Source: Malacoraja senta
Lineage: Eukaryota
DNA: 59,146 bases
Direction: 5' to 3'
Assembly: GCA_038087875.1 (NCBI GenBank)
Contig: JAXLNO010000555.1
Span: 62,001-121,146, forward strand
Shown here: one piece after another, positions 35,646 to 48,800 of the stretch
Layout of the letters: every line of letters begins with the position of its first letter
Position numbering within the stretch: the first letter of the stretch is position 1
The notes under the pieces: model-generated
What the model was told of the DNA's origin: nothing
The model's database searches: none
Seen by the model: only the letters and a program-made list of their open reading frames with translations
Made by a program: the position numbers and the translations under genes

Positions 35646-36239
35646 AAGGCCTGTCTCACGGGTATGCGGTTACTGGCGGTTACTGGCGGTGAAGCAGGAA
35701 GTTGAGACCGCCCGTGGACTGCCAGAGACTGCGGGGTCGGTCCCACGCACACCGCCGGGACCGTGCGGTGTTGGTCCCAACACCGCACGGTGCTCCCAAA
35801 AAACTGACAACGTTCAAAAATGTTATCCTACCGCACAGCCGCCGCCAGTGCAGCACGAGCACCGCCACAGCCGCCGCCAGTGCGGCACGAGCACCGGCAC
35901 AGCCGCCGCCAGTGCGCCGTGAGCGCCGTGAGCGACGTGAGCACCGCCACAGCCGCAGCCAGTGCCGCCGCGATCAGCACTAGTACCGCCACAGCCCCGC
36001 GATCCGAAATGACGTCATCGCGTAGCGCGTCGCGTTGCGCGATGTCATCATCACCCGACGCCGCGCGACGTCCTTTTGACGTTTTTTTAACTTACCGCAA
36101 GCTCGTGGGACCGGCCGAACGGAGATCACTTGGCCCCCGCGCGGCATCCGTGTGGCGCTCTCGCAGTTGCTGTGCGGTCCCCTCTTCCGGCGACGCCACG
36201 CTTCACCGCCATTAACCGCCTGCCCGTGGGACAGAGCCT
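35646..36239. mobile_element. Harbinger MITE (GC-rich, 594 bp)
   Basis: Ends AAGGCCTGTCTCACGGG / CCCGTGGGACAGAGCCT with a TTA TSD on both sides; internal CCGCCGCCAGTGC repeats. Confidence 0.88.
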
Positions 36240-37009
36240 TTAGTGGGGAGCAACTCCTGCCAGTAAAATGAAAGGTGAGCACAAGGCAGAATTAAAAAAT
36301 AGCAGTGCTTGTAAACTGATTTATAAACGATTTGTGTAGAATACTTCATAGAAAATAGTTGAATTCTTCTCTCCTGATACAAAATTAAATGTGCCTCTGA
36401 AGGACTTTGTTATAATTTACATCAAGAAAAAAGTAATCTCAAAGCAATTTTCAAAATTAACCATAATTTACTTTGGTTTTGGTTGATAAATTAAAATGTC
36501 AAACGAGCATGGGAAATATATTCCATTCAAGGTCTATCAATAAAATTATGAGAGAAAAAAATCACTATGATCAACATTATAAATCTATACTTTACAATAT
36601 CGAAAAATATAAGACTTAGTTCAGTGATTGAATTGCTTGCATCTGAGCTCTGGGGCTGTGGTTTCAAGGCCAACTCTAATAATTTAAGCACAGAAATCTA
36701 AACCCATGCTTGCTCACAGTCCTCATGGAATCCTCCACTGTTCAATCTTTTTGAACAAATCTCCAACAGAGTTTGTGTCTACTGTCTCAGGTGAACATAA
36801 AAGTTCCAATGGCTCTTTGAGTAGCTGGAGTGGTTGCTTCCTGAATCCTGGCCGAAACATATTGTCCAATCTAATTTTGTAGCAGTAGCCTTGACCATTT
36901 AAAAAATAATATCACAATGCCTCTCTGGGAGGCTGCTGCGTACAATGTGGGAACTGAATTTATTCTATTACACCTCAAGCAAAGAGCACTTAATATGCTT
37001 TAAGTTGGT

Positions 37010-39300
37010 TAATATGGTTGAGTTCTTCATTAGGATGGAGAGTGACATTGTTAATTCAGAAACAATGGTTCTGAACTTAAAGAAAGGTAACTTTGAGGGT
37101 ATGAGACATGAATTGGCCAAGATTGACTGGCAATTAGTTCTAAAAGGGTTGACGGTGGATATGCAATGGAAGGCATTTAAAGACTGCATGGATGAACTAC
37201 AAAAATTGTTCATCCCAGTTTGGCAAAAGAATAAATCAGGGAAGGTAGGGCATCCGTGGATAACAAGGGAAATCAGGGATAGTATCAAAGCAAAAGATGA
37301 TGCGTACAAATTAGCCAGAAAAAGCAGCATACCAGAGGACTGGGAGAAATTCAGAGACCAGCAGAGGAGGACAAATGGCTTAATTAGGAAAGGGAAAATA
37401 GATTATGAAAGGAAACTGGCAGGGAACATAAAAACTGACTGCAAAAGTTTTTATAGATATGTGAAGAGAAAGAGATTAGTTAAAACAAATGTAGGTCCCT
37501 TGCAGTCAGAAACAGGTGAATTGATCATGGGGAACAAGGAAATGGCGGACCAATTGAATAACTACTTTGGTTCCGTCTTCACTAAGGAAGACATAAATAA
37601 TCTGCTGGAAATAGCAGGGGACCGCGGGTCAAAGGAGATGGAGGAACTGAGTGAAATCCAGGTTAGTCGGGAAGTGGTGTTGGGTAAATTGAATGGATTA
37701 AAGGCCGATAAACCCCCAGGGCCAGATAGGCTGCATCCCAGAGTACTTAAGGAAGTAGCTCCAGAAATAATGGATGCATTAGTGATAATTTTTCAAAACT
37801 CTTTAGATTCTGGAGTAGTTCCTGAGGATTGGAGGGTAGCAAACGTAACCACACTTTTTAAGAAGGGAGGGAGAGAGAAAACAGGGAATTACAGACCAGT
37901 TAGTCTAACATCGGTAGTGGGGAAACTGCTAGAGTCAGTTATTAAAGATGGGATAGCAGCACATTTGGAAAGTGGTGAAATCATTGGACAAAATCAGCAT
38001 GGATTTACGAAAGGTAAATCATGTCTGACGAATCTTATAGAATTTTTCGAGGATGTAACTAGTAGCGTGGATAGGGGAGAACCAGTGGATGTGTTGTATC
38101 TGCACTTTCAGAAGGCTTTCGACAAGGTCCCACATAAGAGATTAGTATACAAACTTAAAGCACACGGTATTGGGGGTTCAGTATTGATGTGGATAGAGAA
38201 CTGGTTGGCAAACAGGAAGCAAAGTGTAGCAGTAAACGGGTCCTTTTCACAATGGCAGGCAGTGACTAGTGGGGTACCGCAAGGCTCAGTGCTGGGACCC
38301 CAGCTATTTACAATTTATATTAATGAACTGGATGAGGGAATTGAAGGCAACATCTCCAACTTTGCGGATGACACTAAGCTGGGGGGCAGTGTTAGCTGTG
38401 AGGAAGATGCTAGGAGACTGCAAGGTGACTTGGATAGGCTGGGTGAGTGGGCAAATGTTTGGCAGATGCAGTATAATGTGGATAAATGTGAGGTTAACCA
38501 CTTTGGTGGCAAAAACAGGAAAGCAGATTATTATCTAAATGGTGGCCGATTAGGAAAAGGGGAGATACAGCAAGACCTGGGTGTCATGGTACACCAGTCA
38601 TTGAAAGTAGGCATGCAGGTGCAGCAGGCAGTGAAGAAAGCGAATGGTATGTTAGCTTTCATAGCAAAAGGATTTGAGTATAGGAGCAGGGAGGTTCTAC
38701 TGCAGTTGTACAGGGTCTTGGTGAGACCACACCTGGAGTATTGCGTACAGTTTTGGTCTCCAAATCTGAGGAAGGACATTATAGCCATAGAGGGAGTGCA
38801 GAGAAGGTTCACCAGACTGATTCCTGGGATGTCAGGACTTTCATATGAAGAAAGACTGGATAGACTCGGCTTATACTCGCTAGAATTTAGGAGATTGAGA
38901 GGGGATCTTATAGAAACTTACAAAATTCTTATGGGGTTGGACAGGCTAGATGCAGGAAGATTGTTCCCGATGTTGGGGAAGTCGAGGACAAGGGGTCACA
39001 GCTTAAGGATAAGGGGGAAATCCTTTAAGACCGAGATGAGAAAAAACGTTTTCACACAGAGAGTGGTGAATCTCTGGAACTCTCTGCCACAGAGGGTAGT
39101 TGAGGCCAGTTCATTGGCTATATTTAAGAGGGTGTTAGATGTGGCCCTTGTGGCTAAAGGGATCAGGGGGTATGGAGAGAAGGCAGGTACGGGATACTGA
39201 GTTGGATGATCAGCCATGATCATATTGAATGGCGGTGCAGGCTCGAAGGGCCGAATGGCCTAATCCTGCACCTCTTTTATATGTATCTATGTATCTATGT
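37010..39300 (+). mobile_element. CR1-type LINE, 5'-truncated, with an open RT reading frame to 39200
   Basis: [44 protein letters not shown]; (ATGTATCT)n tail. Confidence 0.96.
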
Positions 39301-39394
39301 AAGTTGTCCTGGACTTGCAATAGACATTATATAAATGCAATTCTTTCTCTCTTGTTTGGTGACGATACTAACCTGTTTTAAAGTTTTAATTTTT

Positions 39395-39880
39395 AGTTTG
39401 TGTAGAGTGCCTTTGGCCCATTGAGTCCATGTAAACTATTGATCACAGTTTAGACTAGTTCTATGTTATCCCACTTTCTCAGCCACTCCCTACATATAAA
39501 GAGTCATTTACAGAGGCCAATTAACCTACAAACCCACATGCCCTTGAGATGTGGGAGGAAACTAAACATAGAAACATAGAAACATAGAAAATAGGTGCAG
39601 GAGAAGGCCATTCGGCCCTTCGAGCCAGCTCCGCCATTCATTGTGATCATGGCTGATCGTCCTCTATCAATAACCCGTGCTTGCCTTCTCCCCATATCCC
39701 TTGATTCCACTAGCCCCTAGAGCTCTATCTAACTCTCTCTTAAATCCATCCAGAGTAAACCCAGACAGTCACATGGAGAACATGCAAACTCCGAACAGAG
39801 AGCCCCCAAGATTAGGATCGAACCCGGGTCTCTGGCGCTGTGAAGAAGCAGCTCTACCAGCTGCATCACCATGCTGCCAG
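39395..39880 (-). mobile_element. V-SINE (HE1-like) interrupted by a CR1 3' end (~39565-39751, minus strand)
   Basis: GGATCGAACCCGGGTCTCTGGCGCTGT (B-box reverse complement) and V-domain; (AACATAGA)n CR1 tail inside. Confidence 0.8.
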
Positions 39881-40887
39881 TAGTGATTCCATCTTGATGA
39901 CTTAAAGCTGATAGAGTCAGATTATTTGTTTTTAAATTTAAAAGTCACTTGTTGGAAGGAAGGGACAGGTACTGCTGCTACAGTGAATTGAACCAGATGA
40001 ACATTCATACAATTTCTACCAACTCCTGTGGTTGGGCTTCTTGCCAATTTTGAGGAGCTACAGCTGTGGATTCTGTGCCTCCTGCAGCCTGACCCTATTT
40101 TCCTGACTGCATGTGGTAAAGGGAAATATATCCTGAGCACACCCCATCTGTCAGAACACCTGATCCTCAATAAACACAGCCACTGGTGGAATTAGCTAAT
40201 GATGCTGTGGGGGACAATCTGGAAGATGTACGGCTAAATGACCACCCCACTAACAAAGTGCTTTGTTTTCGATGCTTTTCACAGAAAAATACATTACCAG
40301 TATGACCTAGTCAAATTTAGTGGATATCCTTCAAAAGAAATTAAGACGATGTTTGTGTAGAGTTCAGTGAATATTTACCATCAGCTCATTAAAATATCCA
40401 TCATTTTGCATTTCCCAGTAGCATAGTCAGTCAAAAACCTGCCTTCCATCCAGATGGTCAGGAGTTTTAAGTTCCTGGGCTTCAGGTTCTTGTCATTTTC
40501 CCCCACCTGCAACTGTTGATAATGATTTTTGTCAGCTCCTGGTGAGGCTGGTATGCTAAAGAATAGATTCCCATGGAAGAGTATTTTTAAAAGCATAAAG
40601 GTACACCTGCCCATTATTGCTGGAGCAGTAGAGATGAAAAAGGGAGAATGATTATTTTTGAGATAATCATTTCACTCGATATGATGGAAGCTGTATCTCT
40701 GGTTAATGCAGGTGGAAAAATCATGAACAGCTGTTAAAATACAAACTGACACCCACTCTGCAATAATCTCAGTATGAAGACACCGGAATCCATTTGATTT
40801 CACATAAGTGCGGACATTTAAGAGTGACGAGAGGTAGAATTACAATACTCTGCACATATTTATTAATCTGTAATATTGACATTTTAT

Positions 40888-42435
40888 TTAGTTTAGTATA
40901 GTTTAGTTTATTGTCACGCTTACCGAGGTACAGTGAAAAGCTTTTGGTGCGTGCTATCCAGTCAGCAGAAAGACAATACATGATTACAATCGATCCATTT
41001 ACAATGAAAAGATACATGATAAGGGAATAATGTTTAGGGCAAGGTAAAGCCAGCAAAGTCCAATCGTATGTGAGGATACTCCTCATAGACTATAGCTCTG
41101 CCTTCAACGCGGTCATCCCCACCAAGCTCACCACCAAACTCCACCAGCTAGGCCTCAGCTCGCCGATATGCGACTGGATCCTGAATTTTCTGACGGAGCG
41201 ACCGCAGGCAGTGAGACTGGGCCCGCACCTGTCCTCCATTATCACCCTGAGCACCAGCACACCACAGGGCTGTGTACTAAGCCCCATGCTCTACTCCCTC
41301 TTCACACACGACTGTGTTCCTACATTCGACACCAACACCATCATCAAGTTTTCAGACGACACAACGGTGATCGGGCTGATCACCAACGATGATGAAACAA
41401 ACTACAGAGCGGAGGTGCAGAACCTGGCGGACTGGTGCTCACGTAACAACTTGTCCCTAAACACCTCCAAGACCAAGGAGCTGATTGTCGACTTCAGGAG
41501 AACACATAATGGGGAATACGCCCCAATCTCCATCTACGGGGACAATGTGGAGAGAGTGTCCAGCTTTAGGTTTCTGGGCACACACATCTCAGAGGACTTC
41601 ACATGGTCCACCAACACCGCTGCGCTGGTCAAGAAGGCACAGCAACGACCGTTCTTCCTGAGAACATTGAAAAAGACTGGTCTGCCCCAACAGCTGCTGA
41701 CAACCTTCTACCGCTGCACCACAGAGAGCATACTAACATATGGCATCTCTGTGCGGTATCTCAGCTGCACGGAGGCGGAGAGGAGAGCTCTTCAGCGCGT
41801 CGTCCACAGAGTGCAGAAGATTATTGGGACACAGCTACCAGCCTTGGAGGGCATCTACTATACACGGTGCCTCAGGAAGGCCGTCAGCATTCACAAAGAC
41901 TCCTCACACCCTTGTAATGGACTGTTCGAACTCCTACCTTCCGGCAGATGTTACAAGGCCTTCTACGCCCGCACCTCCAGACTCAGGAACAGCTTCATCC
42001 CCAGAGCTATAGCTGCTCTGAACTGGCCCTGCTGAGTGCCCCCCACCCCCATGAACTGTCTCCCTCGGATGGTCACGTCGCACATTGACCCAACGCAGAC
42101 ACATTTGCACTTTAGACTGTTTTGACTGTATTACTGTTTTACTGTTCTTTTTATAAATCATGTTTCTCGGGGTATCTAAATCTAAATGTTATTAGTTGTT
42201 TAAGTTATGACATTGGATGGAAGCTGCATAGCAAATCTCATTGCACATATGTGCAATGACAATAAAATATATTATTATTATTATTATTATTATTAGGATA
42301 GTCCCAGGGTCACCAAAGAGGTAGATAGTAGTTCAGCACTGCTCTCTGATTGTGGTAGGATGGTCCAGCTGCCTGATAACAGCTGGGAAAAAACTGTTCC
42401 TGAAACTGGAGGTGTGTGTTTTCACACTTCTATAC
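40888..42435 (-). mobile_element. Rex1-like LINE 3' end (40888-41068 plus 42296-42435), split by another Rex1 insertion
   Basis: (TTTAG)n-TTTATTGTCAC..GGTACAGTGAA tail; the continuation ATAACAGCTGGGAAAAAACTGTTCCTGAA is the reverse complement of the Rex1 ORF end. Confidence 0.6.
41070..42295 (+). mobile_element. Rex1/Babar-clade LINE, 5'-truncated RT (ORF 41070-42035)
   Basis: [53 protein letters not shown]; (TTA)n tail. Confidence 0.92.
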
Positions 42436-42454
42436 ATTTCTATACACTTCTATA

Positions 42455-44386
42455 CCTCCTATCGAAAAGACAGACAGGTGGGCAAAGGGGGTGGCGTAGC
42501 TGTGTTGGTGAGGAATGAAATTCAGTCCTTTGCAAGGGGTGACATTGAAGCAGGAGATGTGGAGTCAGTATGGATAGAACTAAGGAATTGTAAGGGTAAA
42601 AATACCCTAATGGGATTTATCTGCAAGCCTCCAAACAGTAGGCTGGATATAGGGTGCAAGTTGAATCAGGAGTTTAAATTGGCATGTAGTAAAGGTAATG
42701 CTACGGTTGTTATGGGAGATTTCAACATGCAGGTAGACTGGGAAAATCAGGTTGGTACTGGACTCCAAGAAAGGGAGTTTGTGGAGTGCCTCCGTGATGG
42801 ATTCTTAGTGCAGCTTGTATTGGAGCCTACCAGGGAGAAGGCAATTCTGGATTTAATGTTATGCAATGAACCGGATTCGATAAAGGAACTTGAGTTTAAG
42901 GTAGTGGCCATTATGTGGTCAAGTTTAATCTATAATTGGAGAGGGAGAAGGGTAAATCGGAGGTGTCAGTGTTACAGTTGAATAAAGGGGACTATGGTGC
43001 CATGAGGGAGGAGCTGGCCAAAGTTGACTGGAAACATACCCTAGCAGGGATGACAGTGGAACAACAATGGCAGGTATTTCTGGGAATAATACAGAAAGTG
43101 CAGGATCAATTCATTCCAAAGAGGAAGAAAGATTCCAAGGGGAGTAAGGGGCGATCGTGGCTGACAAGGGACGTCAGGGACAGTATAAAAAGAGAAGAAG
43201 TACAACATAGCAAAGATGAGCGGGAAGTAAGAGGATTGGGTAATGTTTAAAAAGCAACAGAAGATAACTAAAAAGGCAATACGTGGAGAAAAGATGTGGT
43301 ACAAAGGTAAGCTAACCAAGAATATAAAGGAGGATAGTAAAAGCTTCTTTATTTATGTCAAGAGGAAAAAATAGGTTAAGACCAAAGTTGGACCCTTGAA
43401 GACTGAAAAAGGTGAATTTATTATGGGGAACAAGGAAATGGCAGATGAGTTGAACAGGTACTTTGGATCCGTCTTCAATAAGGGGGACACAAACAATCTT
43501 CCTGATATACCAGTGGCCGGAGGATCTGGGGTGACGGAGGAACTGAAGGAAATCTGAATGAAATTAGGCAGGAAATGGTGTTGGGTAGACTGATGGGACT
43601 GAAGGCTGATAAATCTGCAGGGCCTGATGGTCTGCATCCCAGGGTACTTAAGGAAGTGGCTCTAGAATTTGTGGATGCATTGGTGATAATTTTCCAATGT
43701 TCTATATATTCAGGATTAGTTCCTGTGGATTGGAGGGTAGCTAATGTTATCCTACTTTTTAAGAAAGTTGGGAGAGAGAAAACAGGGAATTATAGACCAG
43801 GTAGCCTGACATCGGTGGTAGGGAAGATGCTGGAGTCAATTATAAAAGATGAAATAGTGGCACATTTGGATAGCAGTAACAGGATCGGTCCGAGTCAGCA
43901 TGGATTTACGAAGGGGAAATCATGCTTGGCTAATCTTCTGCAATTTTTTGAGGATGTAACTAGGAAAATGGACAAGGGAGAGCCAGTGGATGTAGTGTAC
44001 CTGGACTTTCAGAAAGTATTTGATAATGTCCCACTTAGGAGATTTTCTTGGGCAAAGTTAGGGCACATGGTATTGGGTGGGGTTAGTGTTGACATTGATA
44101 GAAAATTGGTTGGCAGACAGGGAACAAGAGTAGGGATTAACGGGTCCCTTTCAGAATTGCAAGCAATGATTAGTGGGGTACCGTAAGGCTCAGTGCTGGG
44201 ACGGCAGCTATTTACAATATACATCAACAATTCAGATGAAGGGATTCAAAAATTTGCAGATGACTCAAAGCTGGGTGGCAGTGTGAACTGCGAGGAGGAT
44301 GCTATGAGAATGCAGGGTGACTTGGACAGGCTGGGTGAGTGGGCAGATGGATGGTAGATGCAGCTTAATGTGCATAAATGTGAGGT
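42455..44386 (+). mobile_element. Decayed CR1-type LINE (endonuclease to RT), cut by the Gypsy insertion
   Basis: RKDRQVGKGGGV, MGDFN, QHGFTKGKSC and YLDFQK in several frames, with stops. Confidence 0.92.
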
Positions 44387-45855
44387 TGTAGCAGCGCCTG
44401 CTGGCGCACGCAGGTATCGAACCTGGTGTTCGGAAGCAGCAGTCACGTGACTCGGGAGGGGCTGCTGGTTTTCGCGCGGTTTTGCATTCACGCGGCAGTT
44501 CTGTGCTGACCACCGTTGTGGCCAGATGTGTTGTGAGAGCCTGTGAACTGAGAAGTGATTTTCTGAATAAAAATACGTTTGAAAACTCAGTTGTCGTTCT
44601 TGCGACCACCAAATTGGTAACCCCGACCTGTCTAGACGTCGTTAGACAAGCTAAAGATCATGCAGGAGGACTATGTTCCCGCAGAATGGGCCGACACGAG
44701 GCGGGGCTCACCGGGCTTCAAACTTCCATCGTTTTGGCCCGATCAACAGGCGTTCCGGGAGCAGATGCCCGATGAAGTTCGCCTGATGCTCGCTGGAGCT
44801 AATTTCAGTGTCCCCCAGCACCTCGCGGAGAGAGCTGACAAATTGTGGGCACACAGACGGCGGAACGTTTGTGCCTTCACCCGCTCCCCTGTCGCGAGAC
44901 GACATCAGGAAGAAGAGGAAGCCCAGCCCAGCGACGAAGAACCATCGCCGCTTCCAGTGGTGTACAGCTGACGACAGATGCTACTACCATCAGAGCAACG
45001 GCAGCGAAGCCTGAAGATGCCGAAGCCCCTGTTCGTTTCAAGGAAATGCCTTGGCCGATCGTCCATAGAGGCGAACGCGATCGGCCCAAACGAACGTATC
45101 TACGTCCGTGATAGCCACTCCGGCCACCGTTTCCTGGTGTTCTCCGGTGCCATTGCCAGAATCCTGCTGCCGAGCGCCCGAGGTAAGGTAGGATCTGTCC
45201 TCTCGGTCGTCAACGGGAGCGACATTCGCACTTACGGTACGCGGACCCTGGACTTAAATTTAGACTCCCGCCCATATAGGTGGAAGTTCACCGTTGCTGA
45301 CTTCGCCCAACCAATACTGGGGGCCAATTTCTTGCGCCGTTCTCCCTGTTAGTCGATGTGCGAGGCGGACGCATGGTTCCTGTGTCGGACCTGTGCCCTG
45401 TCAAGCCGCGTAATCCATCCACGCCTCTACAGCAACTCGACGAGGTAGCTGAGATTCAGCAACCTTTCACAGCCCTGCTAGCTGAATCTCATCTGGAGGG
45501 CGCAACCTTTTTCTCGAAGGTTGACCTCATTCGCGGGTATAATCAAATTCCGGTCCATCCCGACGACGTCCCTAAGACAGCCACCATCACCCCTTTTGGC
45601 CTTTTCAAATGTTTAAGAATGGTTAAGAATGTCTTTTGGCCTAAAGAACGCCGCCCAGGCGTTCCAAAGGCTAATGGATCAGGTCGGTCAGGGTTTAACG
45701 TTCATATTCATTTACCTCGATGATATTCTGGTGGCCAACAGCTCGCAGGCAGAGCAGGTTAGGCACCTCCGCCTGCTCTTCGAACGGCTGCGCAAACACG
45801 GCTGCGCAAACACGGGTTGGTGACCAACCCCGCGAAGTGCCAGTTCGGATTTCAG
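44387..45855 (+). mobile_element. Ty3/Gypsy LTR retrotransposon, internally deleted: 5' LTR 44387-44611, gag/PR/RT remnants
   Basis: LTR TGT...CCA with AATAAA; CYYH..G.EA..C..PC knuckle; FLV(F)SGA protease; SKVDLIRGYNQIPV, KTATITPFG, FGLKNAAQAFQRLMD and YLDD RT motifs. Confidence 0.9.
44615..44630 (+). promoter_or_regulatory. Primer-binding site, tRNA-Trp type
   Basis: TGGTAACCCCGACCTG versus the tRNA-Trp PBS TGGTGACCCCGACGTG, 3 nt after the LTR end. Confidence 0.75.
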
Positions 45856-45857
45856 GG

Positions 45858-48800
45858 GTGTGGCGGCACCTAACGGCAGCGGCTCGACTACAGTCGTCTG
45901 TCTTTTAAAAAAATCTTTGTCTTGTTAAATGTATGTCTTGAGCTAGTTTTTATTGTTTTTTTTTGCTGTGTTTATGTGGGGGGGGTGGGGGCTGTGGTGG
46001 AAACCGTTTAATCTCTTCCCTGTGTGGGGACCTGACTTTTTCCCTGTCGGTTCTCCAATGTCGTTGGGCCTAACATCGAGGAGCCGGCGGCGGCCTCTGG
46101 CCGGGGACTAACCTGAGGGCTTCAGTACCGTAGCCTGCAGAACTGACATCGCAGAGCTGCCCGTCTTCGGAGCGGGAGGAGCTGTGGTGGCGCACAGCTG
46201 CGACCCGACTTTTGGAGCTTCGGAGGCTCCGGCCGCAGTCCCGGTGGACAGTAACATTGGGAGGCAAGAGGTGGGGGTGTTGCATTGCTTGTCAAGGAAG
46301 ATATTACAGCAGTGCTTTGGCAGGATAGATTAGAGGGCTCGTCTAGGGAGGCTATTTGGGTGGAACTGAGAAATGGGAAAGGTGTAGCAACACTTATAGG
46401 GGTGTATTATAGACCGCCAAATGGGGAGCGAGAATTGGAAGAGCAAATATGTAAGGAGATAGCAGATATTAGTAGTAAGCACAAGGTAGTGATTGTGGGA
46501 GATTTCAATTTTCCACACATAGACTGGGAAACACATTCTGTAAAAGGGCTGGATGGTTTGGAGTTTGTAAAATGTGTGCAAGATAGTTTTTTGCAGCAAT
46601 ACATAGAGGTACCTACTAGAGAAGGGGCAGTGCTGGACCTCCTGTTAGGAAATGAGACAGGGCAAGTGGCGGAGGTATGCGTCGGGGAGCACTTCGGGTC
46701 CAGTGATCACAATACCATTAGTTTCAATATAATTATGGAGAGGGTCAGAACTGGACCTAGGGTTGAGATTTTTGTTTGGAGAAAGGCTAACTTTGAGGAG
46801 ATGCGAAAGGATTTAAAAGGAGTGAATTGGGACATGTTGTTTTATGGGAAGGATGTAGAAGAAAAATGGAGGACATTTAAGGGTGAAATTTTAAGAGTAC
46901 AGAATCTTTATGTCCCTGTTCGGTTGAAAGGAAATAGTAAAAAATGGAAAGAGCCATGGTTTTCAAGGGAAATTGGACACTTGGTTCGGAAAAAGAGAGA
47001 GATCTACAATAATTATAGGCAGCATGGAGTAAATGAGGTGCTTGAGGAGTATAAAGAATGTAAAAAGAATATTAAGAAAGAAATTAGAAAAGCTAAAAGA
47101 AGATATGAGGTTGCTTTGGCAAGTAAGGTGAAAGTAAATCCAAAAGGTTTCTACAGCTATATTAATAGCAAAAGGATAACAAGGAATAAAATCGGTCCAT
47201 TAGAGAGTCAGAGTGGACAGCTATCTGCAGAGCCAAAAGAGATGGGGGAGATATTAAACAATTTCTTTTCTTCGGTATTCACGAAGGAGAAGGATATGGA
47301 ATTATGTGAGGTAAGGGAAACGAGCAGAGTAGCAATGGAAACTGTGAGATTCAAAGAAGAGGGGGTGCGGACACTTTTGAAAAATATGAAAACGGATAAG
47401 TCTCCAGATCCTGACAGGATATTCCCTAGGACATTGAGGGAAGTTAGTGTAGAAATAGCAGGGGCTATGACAGAAATATTTCAAATGTCATTAGAAACGG
47501 GAATAGTGCCGGAGGATTGGCGTACTGCGCATGTTGTTCCGTTGTTTAAAAAGGGTTCGAAGAGTAAACCTAGCAATTATAGACCTGTTAGTTTGACGTC
47601 AGTGGTGGGCAAATTAATGGAAAGGATACTTAAAGATAATATATATAAGCATCTGGATAAGCAGGGTCTGATTAGGAACAGTCAACATGGATTTGTGCCT
47701 GGAAGGTCATGCTTGACTAATCTTCTTGAATTTTTCGAAGAGGTTACTAGGGAAATTGATGAGGGTAAAGCAGTGGATGTTGTCTATATGGACTTCAGTA
47801 AGGCCTTTGACAAGGTTCCTCATGGAAGGTTGGTTAACAAGATTCAATTGTTGGGTATTAATGGTGGAGTAGCAAGATGGATTCAACAGTGGCTGAATGG
47901 GAGATGCCAGAGAGTAATGGTGGATGGCTGTTTGTCAGGTTGGAGGCCGGTGACTAGTGGGGTGCCTCAGGGGTCTGTGTTGGGTCCACTGTTGTTTGTC
48001 ATGTACATCAATGATCTGGATGAAGGTGTGGAAAATTGGATTAGTAAGTATGCAGATGATACTAAGATAGGTGGTGTTGTGGATAATGAAGTAGATTTTC
48101 AAAGTCTACAGAGAGATTTAGGCCATTTGGAAGAGTGGGCTGAAAGATGGCAGATGGAGTTTAATGCTGACAAATGTGAGGTGCTACATCTCGGCAGGAC
48201 AAATCAAAATAGGACGTACACGGTAAATGGTAGCGAATTGAGGAATGCAGTTGAACAGAGGGATCTAGGAATAACTGTGCATAGTTCCCTGAAGGTGGAA
48301 TCTCATGTAGATAGGGTGGTAAAGAAAGCTTTTGGTGTGCTGGCCTTTATAAATCAGAGCATTGAATATAGAAGTTGGGATGTAATGTTAAAATTGTACA
48401 AGGCATTGGTGAGGCCAATTCTGGAGTATGGAGTACAATTTTGGTCGCCTAATTATAGGAAGGATGTCAACAAAATAGAGAGAGTACAGAGGAGATTTAC
48501 TAGAATGTTGCCTGGGTTTCAGCAACTAAGTTACAGAGAAAGGTTGAACAAGTTAGGCCTTTATTCTTTGGAGCGTAGAAGGTTAAGAGGGGACTTGATA
48601 GAGGTCTTTAAAATTATGAGCGGGTTAGACAGAGTGGACGTGGATAAGCTTTTCCCATTGAGAGTAGGGAAGATTCAAACAAGGGGACATGACTTGAGAA
48701 TTAAGGGACAGAAGTTTAGGGGGAACATTAGGGGGAACTTCTTTACTCAGAGAGTGGTAGCTGTGTGGAATGAGCTTCCAGTGGAAGTGGTGGAGGCAGG

